A stretch of DNA of 63,803 nt from Polyangiaceae bacterium (GCA_033763455.1 JANRKO010000002.1:1-63803); one strand, 5' to 3'; positions 27,431-37,235 are shown, numbered from the stretch's first letter. Notes: a model not told the origin generated them from the sequence alone. Translations and numbers: made by a program.

Positions 27431-27913
27431 TTACGTGAGCCGATATCCAGGCTCCCCGGGCAGGCGCCCATCCACAGGCAGGATCTTTACTCCGGCATTT
27501 ACAGCCGAAAGTGTGACGTAACCCACAGAGTTCGGAAGCTTGGCCACCACAGGAGCCATGAGCCTCGTCGGGACGGATTTCGGTGCGCCCGATCTCCCCC
27601 GAATACGCCGATCGATCCAGTAACGCGCAACTTCCTCGGCGTTCATCTTGAGAACACTGCGGTCAAAGCGCTCGCGAACCTCAGTGCGAGGGGGTTGATT
27701 CAGGGGCAACACACGCCGCCCTCCCAGCGAATCCAGCTCGCCTTGGTACACGCGCCGCAGCTCCTGCAGGCTTACGCCACTAAGCCACGAAGCCTTCGGC
27801 ACTATTACCGCTAGTGGTTCGGCGGCTTCAGCATCCTGCCCCAACAACAAGTAGCCGGTCAGAGCCCCGAGGTGGAGCAACAGATGCCTACGATGCATAC
27901 CCTCGGTGGTCAT
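27431..27913 (-). CDS. Small secreted protein, phosphate-ABC substrate-binding-like (PBP fold)
   Basis: Signal peptide, LAVIV...SLQELRRVY...YWI...G...PK...VAKLPNSVGYV...VKILPVDG..PGEPGY. Confidence 0.72.
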   Translation of the reverse strand: MTTEGMHRRHLLLHLGALTGYLLLGQDAEAAEPLAVIVPKASWLSGVSLQELRRVYQGELDSLGGRRVLPLNQPPRTEVRERFDRSVLKMNAEEVARYWIDRRIRGRSGAPKSVPTRLMAPVVAKLPNSVGYVTLSAVNAGVKILPVDGRLPGEPGYRLT

Positions 27914-27915
27914 GA

Positions 27916-29415
27916 CTAGAACGCCACCGCTAGCTGGAACTGAACCAAATGGAGAGTGTCTCGTTCGGTGAGCAGAGAGGCTGCATCGGGGAAGATAACG
28001 TAGACGTATTCACCCTTCGCTGTAACGCTAGGAGTGACGGCCCAATTGATACCTGCGTGATAGGCGCGCAGCCGATCGAGCTGGGGCAGCACAGGATCGT
28101 GCCCTAATACGTAGTGTTGAAGGATCGCGTACGGCATCAAGTCAAAGAATGGCGTCCTGTAGCCAGCTAGGACATACGCACCGTAACGGCGGCGATCCGG
28201 ATACACCTGCCCCGGGCTGACCACCTTGCGCACGCCGCCTTGATACCAGCGTTCGCTGTAGGCAAATTCCGAACGCAAGAGGAATTTCTCGTAGTCCCAT
28301 TGTAGATCGGCGCCGAAAGACTGCTCGTAATACTGCTCAAGCACCTTGCGATCGGCGCTCGCTGTGCTGGCATCGATCAACGGGAAACTCGCGTTGGTGT
28401 ACCTCCCGCGGTAATAGGAGCTACCCACCCGCAAATCCCCAAGGCCGTTGTAGCCAGCTTCTAGCCTCCCGGTGAACGCCTTGTCGTAATCAAGATCGCG
28501 CTGTTGATCCATCGGCCCCCTTCCGTTGGAAACGCCGAGCGCGTAGCCCAACTTCAAATCGCCTGCGAAGGCCTGGCCAAAAGCTTGGAGCCCGGTTTGT
28601 TGCTCAGGGAACAATTCCTCGCCGACAATGTAGGGTCGCTGAATCGCGATAACGGTAGGCGAGCCATGGTCGATGTTCCAAATGCCGTACGGTGTTAACC
28701 ATTGCCCCAAGCGAAGTGAGAACAGCTCACTGTGTCGATAATCCACATGAAGCCGCTCGACCTCAATGGCACCCCAGCGGAACGGGCGGTCAATGTCCGC
28801 GTAATCCCCCACCTGCGTGGAAATCCGAGTACCAGGGTTCGCCGGGTCGTTGGCCCCGTTGGGTGCATACAGGAAGCGCACCTCGCCCAGAAAACTCCAA
28901 CTTTCATCCAGGGATTTGCTCAGATAAAGATTAAAATTGCCTATGCTAAAGAACGTGTGAGAGCCGAGCCCTGCAGCGGCATACGGCGAGTTGGGTCGGT
29001 AGAAGGGCGCCGCGAAGTAAATGTCGGCAAAGCCGTAAATCTCAAACGGATGAGCTTGAACGTCCTCGCTTGCGGTGTCGCCGGCGGCGTCACTCGCGTC
29101 CGCTTCATTGGCAACGAGTGCGGCACTCACACTGTCAGCGGTGGGTTCGCTCTTCGTTGGTGTGGCCGGGGGTGACGTAGCCGCCGATGCCGTGGTAGCG
29201 GCGTCCCCCGCAGGAGCGGCCACTTCGGGCGCCCCAGAAGCACTGGAAGCGGGCACCGGTGCCGACGGAGCGGGCGGAGGCTCTTCCGGGGTGGCCGCTG
29301 GCGCCGAATCAAGCTCGGTAGGTTCGGGAGTTGGTACGGGCTCCTGTGCGGCAACGCGCGGCGTACGCACGAGTGCGCTCAGTACCAACAACAGTGCGAG
29401 CCGAGTCCCCCTCAT
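27916..29415 (-). CDS. Outer-membrane porin-like beta-barrel with a Pro/Ala-rich N-terminal linker
   Basis: Signal peptide, IYGFAD, VERLHVDY, RLGQWLTPYGIWN, C-terminal QFQLAVAF; ATG overlaps the upstream TGA. Confidence 0.8.
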   Translation of the reverse strand: MRGTRLALLLVLSALVRTPRVAAQEPVPTPEPTELDSAPAATPEEPPPAPSAPVPASSASGAPEVAAPAGDAATTASAATSPPATPTKSEPTADSVSAALVANEADASDAAGDTASEDVQAHPFEIYGFADIYFAAPFYRPNSPYAAAGLGSHTFFSIGNFNLYLSKSLDESWSFLGEVRFLYAPNGANDPANPGTRISTQVGDYADIDRPFRWGAIEVERLHVDYRHSELFSLRLGQWLTPYGIWNIDHGSPTVIAIQRPYIVGEELFPEQQTGLQAFGQAFAGDLKLGYALGVSNGRGPMDQQRDLDYDKAFTGRLEAGYNGLGDLRVGSSYYRGRYTNASFPLIDASTASADRKVLEQYYEQSFGADLQWDYEKFLLRSEFAYSERWYQGGVRKVVSPGQVYPDRRRYGAYVLAGYRTPFFDLMPYAILQHYVLGHDPVLPQLDRLRAYHAGINWAVTPSVTAKGEYVYVIFPDAASLLTERDTLHLVQFQLAVAF

Positions 29416-30071
29416 TTTGGACACATCCCTATTGGTACACACAAATTGGGCAGGGCAAATTTGCTCAAATCACAGCAGCCGAACGTATCCGAACAATCGT
29501 TCCTCCCAAGGTCACAGTTCGGGACGAGGCACGCTTTGCTTACGAACGCCTCACAGAAGCTGGCATCTTTGCCTGCGCAATCGGTCGAGGCAGCGCAGGT
29601 TTGCCCCAGCCCGGTCGGGGGTCGTTCACAGAAGGCTGGGGTTGCCCAGATGGCACAGGTGTACCCCGCTGGGCATTCTGTCGAAGCGGAGCAAGCGCTC
29701 TGGGTGCAGTAGCCGTCACCCGCACGGGCACGGGCACAGTAGTCGTATTTTTTGCCCGCGCACGAACTCGCCTGATCCGGATCGCAGCTATCACCAAGAC
29801 CGACAATAGGCAATTCGCAGGTTCCGGTGGCACCACGCACAAATCCAGTTTCACATTCACACTTATCCACCACCGCGATCTCGTGTTCAGCGCAGGCCAC
29901 GCATTGCCCGCCGACAAGTATCGACCCTGCTTTGCACTGGCACACGTTCACCCCAGAATTGAACTCAAGTTCGGGCCCGCACACATCGCTCGATTCAAAC
30001 TGGCAGGCGCCCACGGGCGGCAACACCATGAGCAGGCTCACAGCCCACGCTGCGCGGAAACGTCGAGGCAT
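29412..30071 (-). CDS. Cys-rich (EGF-like) lipoprotein
   Basis: Lipobox VGA-C; repeated CxCxxG and GxxCxxxxDC modules; GGGGAG RBS. Confidence 0.78.
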   Translation of the reverse strand: MPRRFRAAWAVSLLMVLPPVGACQFESSDVCGPELEFNSGVNVCQCKAGSILVGGQCVACAEHEIAVVDKCECETGFVRGATGTCELPIVGLGDSCDPDQASSCAGKKYDYCARARAGDGYCTQSACSASTECPAGYTCAIWATPAFCERPPTGLGQTCAASTDCAGKDASFCEAFVSKACLVPNCDLGRNDCSDTFGCCDLSKFALPNLCVPIGMCPK

Positions 30072-30151
30072 GACTCCCCCAACGGCCGACAACCGAAAGC
30101 GCCTTAGGTTACCTCACCTTTGCACCCGGCCGGCTCCCGGGCCAAGCGTCA

Positions 30152-31015
30152 TCAATGCACCGAACGTACGATCAACTCAGCGCTCTCGCGATCGTCCATA
30201 TCAGCCGCCAAGGCATAACCCACACCTCGACGCTCCACCGCTGCGATGGAGTACCCTCGGCGCGTGCCCACGTAGACCGGCGTCCTCTGCACTACACGGG
30301 CTTCGAGCGCACTTCCGAGAGGAACTCGCCTAGCATCGTAGACATACACCGTTAGCCTGTGACCGTCAGGGCTGCCATAACTGAAAGATGCTGTTTGGCG
30401 ACCTTTGAGCGGCACCATGCTTCCACCGAGAAAACGAACCCCGTAATCCTGAAGGCTGAGTGGCCTGAGTGGCACACCCACCTCCGGCTCCAATTGCCGC
30501 AGCATCGCCAGCTGTGTGAACTGCGGAGCCGAACCCCGCGCGTGGTTTTCCACAAGCTGATCCAACTGAGATTCAACCCGAGCCGCAATATCCTGCGCTC
30601 CCAACGCCTCTGGAGAATTCACCGAGCCCGCCTCACTAATTGGACGAGCACCAACATCGGTTCTCCCTCCATTTTTCCAAATGCCGACACCTACCGCGAC
30701 AGCAGCAGCTGCAGCCAGCGGCAACACTGCTCGCCAGCCAAGCGGGGCCGACTTCGGCGCACGCTCCACTTCAACTTCACGCGCGCGTTCAGCCGCAAGA
30801 GACGCTCGCACCCGCTCTTCAAACGCAACTGATAGCACCGTCGACTCCTGCACGGACCGGCGCACACTTATACGCAGTGCCTCGTCTAGCCGCACTCGCC
30901 CTTGGCACAACTCGCATCCCTGCAAGTGCTCTTCAACCTTCGCACAATCAGAGGCCGGCAACTCACCGTCGACATAGGGCTCGACGTACGGGCTAACTTC
31001 ACGACACGCGCTCAT
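30152..31015 (-). CDS. Membrane-bound ZAS (zf-HC2) anti-sigma factor
   Basis: C...YVDGEL...HLQGCELC (Hx3Cx2C), one TM segment and an extracytoplasmic domain; start overlaps the sigma factor stop. Confidence 0.9.
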   Translation of the reverse strand: MSACREVSPYVEPYVDGELPASDCAKVEEHLQGCELCQGRVRLDEALRISVRRSVQESTVLSVAFEERVRASLAAERAREVEVERAPKSAPLGWRAVLPLAAAAAVAVGVGIWKNGGRTDVGARPISEAGSVNSPEALGAQDIAARVESQLDQLVENHARGSAPQFTQLAMLRQLEPEVGVPLRPLSLQDYGVRFLGGSMVPLKGRQTASFSYGSPDGHRLTVYVYDARRVPLGSALEARVVQRTPVYVGTRRGYSIAAVERRGVGYALAADMDDRESAELIVRSVH

Positions 31016-31683
31016 CGCTTCGCCCCTTTCGCTGAACGATAAGTAGCGAGATCCACAGGTGCTGGTGCAGGCTCAGGCACCAGCGCTCCCGTTCGCTTCC
31101 CTACTTCGGCCTCTGGAGCGACGATCCCCATCTCCAACGCGTGTTGATAGAGACGCGCCTTCAGCAGCTGGCGACCACGGTGCAACCGACTCATGACCGT
31201 ACCGATGGGGCAGCCGACGATCTCTGCGACCTCTCGGTAACCCATTTCTTCCACGTCTGCGAGCAGCACCACCGCGCGAAAATCATCCGGGAGCTCATCC
31301 AAAGCGCGGTTTATCTCCGCCTCAAGCATCGGTTGCAGGGCAACACCTTCGGCATCCCGCAGGCTGCGCATACTCGTAGCGCTGATCCAACCGTCGGACA
31401 GAGGATCCGCCGTGGGCCCTTCGAAGAGTGCCTTCTCACGCCCACCCCGACGATAACGATTGATAAACGTGTTAGTGAGGATCCGAAGCAACCAGGCGCG
31501 CATGTTCGTACCAGGCTGGAAATGGTCGCGTGCGCGCATAGCCTTCACGAGCGTGTCCTGCACCAGATCTTCGGCGTCCGTGCGGCTTCGGGTGAGGCGC
31601 GTTCCGACTGCCAAAAGGCCCCCCAGGTGGCCCATAGCCTCCCGCTCAAACTCAAGCGCACTGAGACCAGACTTGTCCGCCAT
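31012..31683 (-). CDS. ECF RNA polymerase sigma factor (SigR/SigH-like)
   Basis: DAEDLVQDT...FQPGTNMRAWLLRILTNTFINRYRR; LPDDFR...YREVAEIVGCPIGTVMSRLHRGR. Confidence 0.95.
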   Translation of the reverse strand: MADKSGLSALEFEREAMGHLGGLLAVGTRLTRSRTDAEDLVQDTLVKAMRARDHFQPGTNMRAWLLRILTNTFINRYRRGGREKALFEGPTADPLSDGWISATSMRSLRDAEGVALQPMLEAEINRALDELPDDFRAVVLLADVEEMGYREVAEIVGCPIGTVMSRLHRGRQLLKARLYQHALEMGIVAPEAEVGKRTGALVPEPAPAPVDLATYRSAKGAKR

Positions 31684-31702
31684 ACCGATACCTTCGGGGT
31701 AG

Positions 31703-31730
31703 CAACACAGCCCTAAGTGGGCTTATTCCC
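31703..31730 (-). promoter_or_regulatory. Putative autoregulatory ECF promoter
   Basis: GGGAAT-N18-GTTG, 20 nt upstream of the sigma ATG; matches the SigR/SigH consensus GGAAT-N18-GTT. Confidence 0.75.
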
Positions 31731-32370
31731 GGGGCTCGGGGGGGTTCTTCTTCGCGAGCTCTTCGACACGCTCTTCGAGCTTCTCCAAGCGCTGACTGAG
31801 CTTCTGCAATTCCGCCTGGAGCTCCCGAAACACGGAAAAATTGGGCAAAGCTGTTCGTATGCGCTCATCGATGGTGGATTGCCACTGTTCCAAGGTGGCG
31901 CGCAGCCCTCGGGCTGAACTTTCCCGCCGCCCTTCTTCGTTTGCATCTCCCACATTGTCCTCCAGGGTATGTACCGGCTCTGCGGGGCCCTGCGGGGCAG
32001 GTGCGCCCTCCGCCCGCTCCTCAACCCCTTCGCCGGGAATGAAGCGCCCCACTGGGCTCTCTCGCAGGTGCGATAGGAACTTTTCGCTGCTCTGGCGGAT
32101 GAGATCCTTGAGCGTCCCGAGCGGGATCCCCCGCGGCGTGGACTTCAACTCCTCGGAGATGATCAATGCCAGCGTGACGTCTGTTTTGTCTTCCTTGGTG
32201 GCATTATCGATGATCTGCACTTCTTCGCCGGCTCTCACCATCTCGGCGATCTGCAGCAGCGTTACGTAACTGCTGCCCTTGGTGTCGTAGAGCTTGCGGT
32301 TGGAATAGCGCTTAATAATGCGCTTCGGCAAAGGCCGTCCCGGGCCATTCGTGCTGTCGTCTGCAACCAT
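31723..32370 (-). CDS. PhaR-like DNA-binding protein (PHB_acc_N domain)
   Basis: IIKRYSNRKLYDTKGSSYVTLLQIAEMVRAGEEVQIIDNATKEDKT; C-terminal coiled coil. Confidence 0.85.
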   Translation of the reverse strand: MVADDSTNGPGRPLPKRIIKRYSNRKLYDTKGSSYVTLLQIAEMVRAGEEVQIIDNATKEDKTDVTLALIISEELKSTPRGIPLGTLKDLIRQSSEKFLSHLRESPVGRFIPGEGVEERAEGAPAPQGPAEPVHTLEDNVGDANEEGRRESSARGLRATLEQWQSTIDERIRTALPNFSVFRELQAELQKLSQRLEKLEERVEELAKKNPPEPRE

Positions 32371-32491
32371 GTTTATATAGCCAGCTCTTTCGAAGAACGC
32401 CCAAAAGCAGCACAGCAAAGTTGCCGCGAAGCGTCAACCAAGACCGCGACTTTCTTCGCCCAACTCGTAGGAGTTCGGTATAGCGGAAGGC

Positions 32492-34348
32492 ATGGGCCCC
32501 GCGCCAAAAGCCGGCAACTCGAGATTTTCTGCTTGCTGGACCACGCCGATCCGGTGGCTCGCGGTGCTTGCTCTGCTCACAGTGGGTGCGGCGGGCCTGA
32601 CCGCGTGCGAACGCCACGAAGCCCCGCTTATCGATTTACTAGGCATTTCTCCCCGCTACGTGGCTGAGGGCGACCGACTAGAGCTACTTGGGCGAAACCT
32701 CCCGCCGGGTAAGCGGGCCACCCTCGTTTTGGAAGGCGCTGTCTTTCGTCCCGGGGCTCCCCCACGCCGCGGGGTCGTCGCACGGGGAGAAGCCATCAGC
32801 CAGCCGGATCGAGCGGTGGGCAGCGTCACCAAGGCTCTGCAACACGCTCTCGTTGGAGATGGGCCAGCGGCCCGCCATGCCACCTTCAGGGGGCAAGCTA
32901 GCTTGCTCTTCGATTCAGCTGAGCCCGGTGCACCCAAAGTTTCCGGAACACTTCGTGAAGTGGTGCTCGACATTGACGGGAAACCACTGACGCAGGAGCT
33001 GCAGGCAGAGCAAGCAGCCGAGTCGTCACGCTTCTTGTCCTACCTGGGGGTCAGCCTGGAGCGACTAGATCCTCCCTTCAAGGTTTCAGAGGTCGCACAA
33101 AATGGTCTCGCCCACCGCGCGGGGATCAAACCCGGTGATGTCATCATCGAGCTGGACTCGCTCAATCTCATGAGCTTGGCGGATTTCGCTCCACGTCCTG
33201 ACGCAACCCAGTCGGACCTCCTGCTCCGACGCGGCAACAATCCGAGCGCGGTCAGCATTACTCTCCCCACGGGCGCGTTTCATCGCCAGCCGCCTACCTC
33301 CGTACTCGCCACGGTGATTGGGCTCGCGGCCTTCGCGCTGTCCCTGGCGCTCTGCTTCTTTACGCCTATCGGTAGAAACCTGCGCTGGCTGGGGCCACAG
33401 TTGGCATGGCGCAGCAAAGAAGTTTTTGCCCCCGCCGCGCCCCGCTTCTCACCAAGGCAACGCAGCACAACCTTCGTTGGATGGGCGGCAAGAGCCGTCC
33501 TCACGCTAGGGGTACTAGCGAGCTTCGCCTGGTTATCACGTGCGGACGTCTCTGAGCGTGCTTCCTCCTTCCTCTATGCAGGTCTGGCCATACTGCTGCT
33601 GCTCGGTGCGCTCATCGCCGGTGGGCGCCGCCCACTCGGAACCTGGTCGCTTTCTCGTGCCCTGAAGAGCGCTTTTTTTGCGCTCACGCACCTCGCTTTG
33701 ATCTTCGCTTCTCTCTCACACGTTGCCGTGAGAACAGGCACGATGGATCTGGAGCGTGTGGCGTTAGCTCAAGGCGCCGCACCGTGGCTGTGGAATGCGT
33801 TCTCTAGCCCGCTCTCTCTTTTAGCCTTCAGCCTTTACCTTCTGTGTCTAGTTCCGAGCTACGCCCCTCAACTCACGCGTTTGCCCTTAGCCCACTTGCA
33901 CGGGGACACTCGTGCCCCAAGCGTCGTCGACTGGTTCTTTCTGAGTGCGCTCTCCGCCCTGGGTGTGGTCTTTTTTTTGGGTGGTTGGCGGCATCCGGGA
34001 GACACTCAAGCGGCACCCACACTGATTGCCGTGGGGCTCAGTGTGGTCCTATTCTTTGTGAAGACGCTGTGCTTGTTCGCACTGGGACTCTTCACGCGCT
34101 TGGCGGTGCGCAGCGTCAGCATCGCGGACCTCGGGGGCTGGCTCTGGAAATGGGTTGTGCCGGCGGGAGCACTTTTGGCTGTCATCACTCCATGGGCGAA
34201 CAAGGTGAGCTTACCCACCTTCGTGGTTGATGGCTCCAGGATCGCGCTGTTAGTGTTCTTCAGCCTCGTAATGTCTTACCTCGCCCTCCAGGTAGCGTTA
34301 GCCTGGCGTTCTAAGCGCCCCGAGCTCGGCATTCACCCCTGGGTGTAG
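32492..34348 (+). CDS. PDZ-containing membrane protein with a degenerate NuoH-like C-terminal domain
   Basis: LTA-C lipobox-like site, GLAHRAGIKPGDVIIELD (PDZ), then GTMDLERVALAQG..PWLW, VVFFLGGW, FFVKT, WKWVVP resembling NuoH. Confidence 0.62.
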   Translation: MGPAPKAGNSRFSACWTTPIRWLAVLALLTVGAAGLTACERHEAPLIDLLGISPRYVAEGDRLELLGRNLPPGKRATLVLEGAVFRPGAPPRRGVVARGEAISQPDRAVGSVTKALQHALVGDGPAARHATFRGQASLLFDSAEPGAPKVSGTLREVVLDIDGKPLTQELQAEQAAESSRFLSYLGVSLERLDPPFKVSEVAQNGLAHRAGIKPGDVIIELDSLNLMSLADFAPRPDATQSDLLLRRGNNPSAVSITLPTGAFHRQPPTSVLATVIGLAAFALSLALCFFTPIGRNLRWLGPQLAWRSKEVFAPAAPRFSPRQRSTTFVGWAARAVLTLGVLASFAWLSRADVSERASSFLYAGLAILLLLGALIAGGRRPLGTWSLSRALKSAFFALTHLALIFASLSHVAVRTGTMDLERVALAQGAAPWLWNAFSSPLSLLAFSLYLLCLVPSYAPQLTRLPLAHLHGDTRAPSVVDWFFLSALSALGVVFFLGGWRHPGDTQAAPTLIAVGLSVVLFFVKTLCLFALGLFTRLAVRSVSIADLGGWLWKWVVPAGALLAVITPWANKVSLPTFVVDGSRIALLVFFSLVMSYLALQVALAWRSKRPELGIHPWV

Positions 34349-34540
34349 GGGTTTCGCTGCAGGCCTTCCTCCGCACCCCGCAGGCCCCGATTCTGCAGCT
34401 ACACTGTCACGGGTGCGCTTACGTTCGCTCGTGCCTAGCCCCATGCGCATTTTTTTCGGGCATCGCTTACTGAAGCTCTAAAGCTTTGGCGTCACGCGGC
34501 CGTCAATCCCCTGGCGCACTCGCGCACTCTCAGAGGCATC

Positions 34541-34954
34541 TTGGCTAGCAAGCACGACGGCACCCAATCTAACGGCAGTTCCCAGAACGATGGCAAACCT
34601 GCGAGCATCAGCGGCCCGATGGCTGAACGGCGCGCGTCCGCCCGCCATGCTGTGGAGCTCGACGTAGGGCTCGGCAAGGAGCAGAACTACTTCTCTGGCT
34701 TTGCTGAGAATCTTTCTTTGGGCGGCGGCTTCATTGCGAGCCATGCCATCAAGCCCGTAGGTGAGCCGCTGGAAGTTCGCCTCTTTCTGCCGGATCGAAC
34801 CGTTCCGCTGCGCATCGCAGCTGAGGTCCGTTGGGCTCGATCCTTCGACGAGAAGAACGAGCTCCCCCCAGGCATGGGCGTCGCCTTCAGAACATTATCG
34901 CGCAACGACGAACAGCTACTGGCGGCATTCCTGGCAAGCCTGCGCGAAGGCTAG
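34541..34954 (+). CDS. Stand-alone PilZ protein (TIGR02266-like)
   Basis: ERRASAR (RxxxR), ENLSLGG (NxSxxG), AEVRWAR, PGMGVAF; the start may be ATG 34619. Confidence 0.88.
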   Translation: MASKHDGTQSNGSSQNDGKPASISGPMAERRASARHAVELDVGLGKEQNYFSGFAENLSLGGGFIASHAIKPVGEPLEVRLFLPDRTVPLRIAAEVRWARSFDEKNELPPGMGVAFRTLSRNDEQLLAAFLASLREG

Positions 34955-34989
34955 CCGCGGATTCGGAAGATCTAGCTAGCCCTCTCTAC

Positions 34990-36300
34990 TCATCTGATGA
35001 TTGCGGGCGTGAACCCGCCGCACGGAAAGCTGATGTCGATCACCGGAGCTTGGGCACTCTTGATCGTTTCGCAAGCGCTGCCCTGGATCCGGACGCGCCG
35101 CCCACTGTCTTCTAAAACCCAGCCGTCGGCGCCCAGGTAAGGCAGCTGATTAGTATTGAGGAGCACTTTGCCCTGGGCCTCAAAGCCAGGCTGCACCTGT
35201 CCGCTCAGGGCAAACACGCAGGTCCGCACACCGTTGATGATGGTGTTGAAGGCCGATTCGAGCTCAACCTGGCTGTTGGCGCGGTAGAAGCGTTGGCCGG
35301 GGTCGTCAATGGGGAGGCCTTGGCCGGCATTGGCCACGTTGCGAAGATGCATCTCCCCCACATCGTTGCCGACGCTGATGACGAAGGTGGTGATGCCCTG
35401 ATTGAAGGCGTTTTGCACGGCTGTGATGGAGGCGGCTTGGCCGTTTTGGGGGTTGGGCTCAGCGCAGGTATCCGGCTCACCATCCGTTGCTAGAACAATT
35501 ACCTTCTGTCCAGGCTCCGTCACCGCTATCAGATTCTCTGCAACCTTCGCCACAGATTCACCGGTTGGTGTTTCGCTTGCCCAGTCGTTCTCCTTGTACA
35601 CAGGCAGAATATTGGGGAAGTTGTTCAACCCAACAGGAACCTCCGTTAAGAGGGGGCACGTGGTGCCGGCCGGTGTCCGATCCCCGTTCCCGGTACCCAT
35701 CGGCCCGGTATAGAGAGCAAGGCCGAAACGAACCTCCGCCTGAAGGCGAGAGACAATGCCGCTCGCAGGGTCCATCAGGGAATTACGCAAGATGTTCCAC
35801 CGCCGTTCGGCATCGTTGTTGGTGGAGTCCCCTGAAAATGTCTGGTCCATGCTGCCCGATTGATCCACCAAGAGAACAACGGTGGGGATCTGCTTTTCGA
35901 ACTTCACCTCGGCCGTCACGCAGCCCATCATTTGCCCGCCACCTGCGGAGCCGGTGCCCGCGGCTCCACCTCCCGAAGGGCCACCGAGCCCAGGAATATC
36001 GAGCATTGGCGTGACCGTGCACCGCCCCGAAGACGAACACGTCTGCCCGCTTGAACATTGGTTCCCGTTGGCCAGGCACTCCGCCGTGCACTTACCCTCC
36101 GTCCCGCAAAATAGCCCAAGGCCGCAGCCTTGATCATTCTGGCAGCTCGCCCCACAACTGAGCACGCCGCAGGCCGCGGCTTGGCCGCTCGGAGTCCCCT
36201 TGTTTTTTTCTCCGCAGCTGATGGTCGCCAACAGCCCCAGCAAGCTCCCGAGTAACCCCAACCCGAGGCAACGAGTGGATCGAGCAAAAAAAGACCTCAT
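34990..36300 (-). CDS. vWA-domain lipoprotein (CglB-like architecture)
   Basis: Lipobox-like TIS-C, Cys-rich N-terminus, LLVDQSGSM MIDAS, ETPT, VLATDGEPDTC, TFVISVG. Confidence 0.85.
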   Translation of the reverse strand: MRSFFARSTRCLGLGLLGSLLGLLATISCGEKNKGTPSGQAAACGVLSCGASCQNDQGCGLGLFCGTEGKCTAECLANGNQCSSGQTCSSSGRCTVTPMLDIPGLGGPSGGGAAGTGSAGGGQMMGCVTAEVKFEKQIPTVVLLVDQSGSMDQTFSGDSTNNDAERRWNILRNSLMDPASGIVSRLQAEVRFGLALYTGPMGTGNGDRTPAGTTCPLLTEVPVGLNNFPNILPVYKENDWASETPTGESVAKVAENLIAVTEPGQKVIVLATDGEPDTCAEPNPQNGQAASITAVQNAFNQGITTFVISVGNDVGEMHLRNVANAGQGLPIDDPGQRFYRANSQVELESAFNTIINGVRTCVFALSGQVQPGFEAQGKVLLNTNQLPYLGADGWVLEDSGRRVRIQGSACETIKSAQAPVIDISFPCGGFTPAIIR

Positions 36301-36527
36301 ATGTGACCTCCTGAACGTTCTACGCTCCTAGAGTACCAGCATCTGACCCCCAGTCCAATTTGAGTGCCCGTAGGCCAGGTGCCCGGAGCTCTTGCGGCCA
36401 AGTGGAGCATGTGCCCGCTCCAGCCTCTGGCCGGCAAGGATAGTGTGGGTTCATGGGATCTAGATCCCTCCGCCTTTGGTTCGCCGTGGCGTGCCTAGAT
36501 GTTAACCTGGAATGCCGTACGAGCGCT

Positions 36528-37235
36528 TCACCTTAGGTGCAGCCATGCACTCAGCCATCGAGCGACGTGATGAACCGTTCTCAGGCCGAGGATCAGGCAC
36601 ATACCTATAGCGAGAAGGTAAGCGACATCCGCCAGGTTGAAGACGCCGAAGCCAAACAAACCACTAATCAGGCTGGAATAAATGTAGTCAACTACCGCGT
36701 GAGGAGGAAGCAACAGATCGAGCGAATTGCTTGCACCTGCCGCCGCAAGAAATCCGACCGGAAAACGCCAGAGGCTGCCTTTCACCTTCAGTAGTATCCA
36801 GAGTGTCACGTGCAGGGCCACTGAGCTCCAGAGCTCCGCAACAAGAAGGCTCTTTAGGGTCCCTGGCGAAAGCGCATAGGTAGATTGGATCGACGAGAGA
36901 GCCAACGCAAGCGGTACTGCAAGCGCGCACCCGAGGAGCAGCCCCCAGAACAAATGTGCCTTGCGACGATGGGCAAGCACGAGCATCAAGGCAACAAGAG
37001 CATTGCCAGCAATGCCACCAACATCCCCAGTGATCGCATCCATAGTCTCCGCAGGGAAGGCAGAGCTAACCCATGATCCAACTCCAGAACTGTTCAATCT
37101 CAGCACAAACTGCAGCATCGCGTCCCCCTGCACGGCTTCTTGTTCTGGCAAAATCAAAAGGGCGATCCTTTTCAGGAGTTGATCTACGGCCACTATCCCA
37201 AGCAGCGGCTGCGCCGCACCGAGCTGTCGCCGCAT
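36528..37235 (-). CDS. Divergent signal peptidase II (LspA-like) membrane protein in the immunity position of RHS module 3
   Basis: VDQLLK, LNSSG, GASNSLD, VVDYI, VFNLADV follow the order of LspA motifs, with both catalytic-type Asp present; extra TM insert; GGAGG RBS before ATG 37235. Confidence 0.65.
   Translation of the reverse strand: MRRQLGAAQPLLGIVAVDQLLKRIALLILPEQEAVQGDAMLQFVLRLNSSGVGSWVSSAFPAETMDAITGDVGGIAGNALVALMLVLAHRRKAHLFWGLLLGCALAVPLALALSSIQSTYALSPGTLKSLLVAELWSSVALHVTLWILLKVKGSLWRFPVGFLAAAGASNSLDLLLPPHAVVDYIYSSLISGLFGFGVFNLADVAYLLAIGMCLILGLRTVHHVARWLSAWLHLR

Noticed and set aside
31723..32370. PHA biosynthesis locus
   Set aside because: Only the PhaR-type DNA-binding domain is present; no phaABC or phasin genes nearby.
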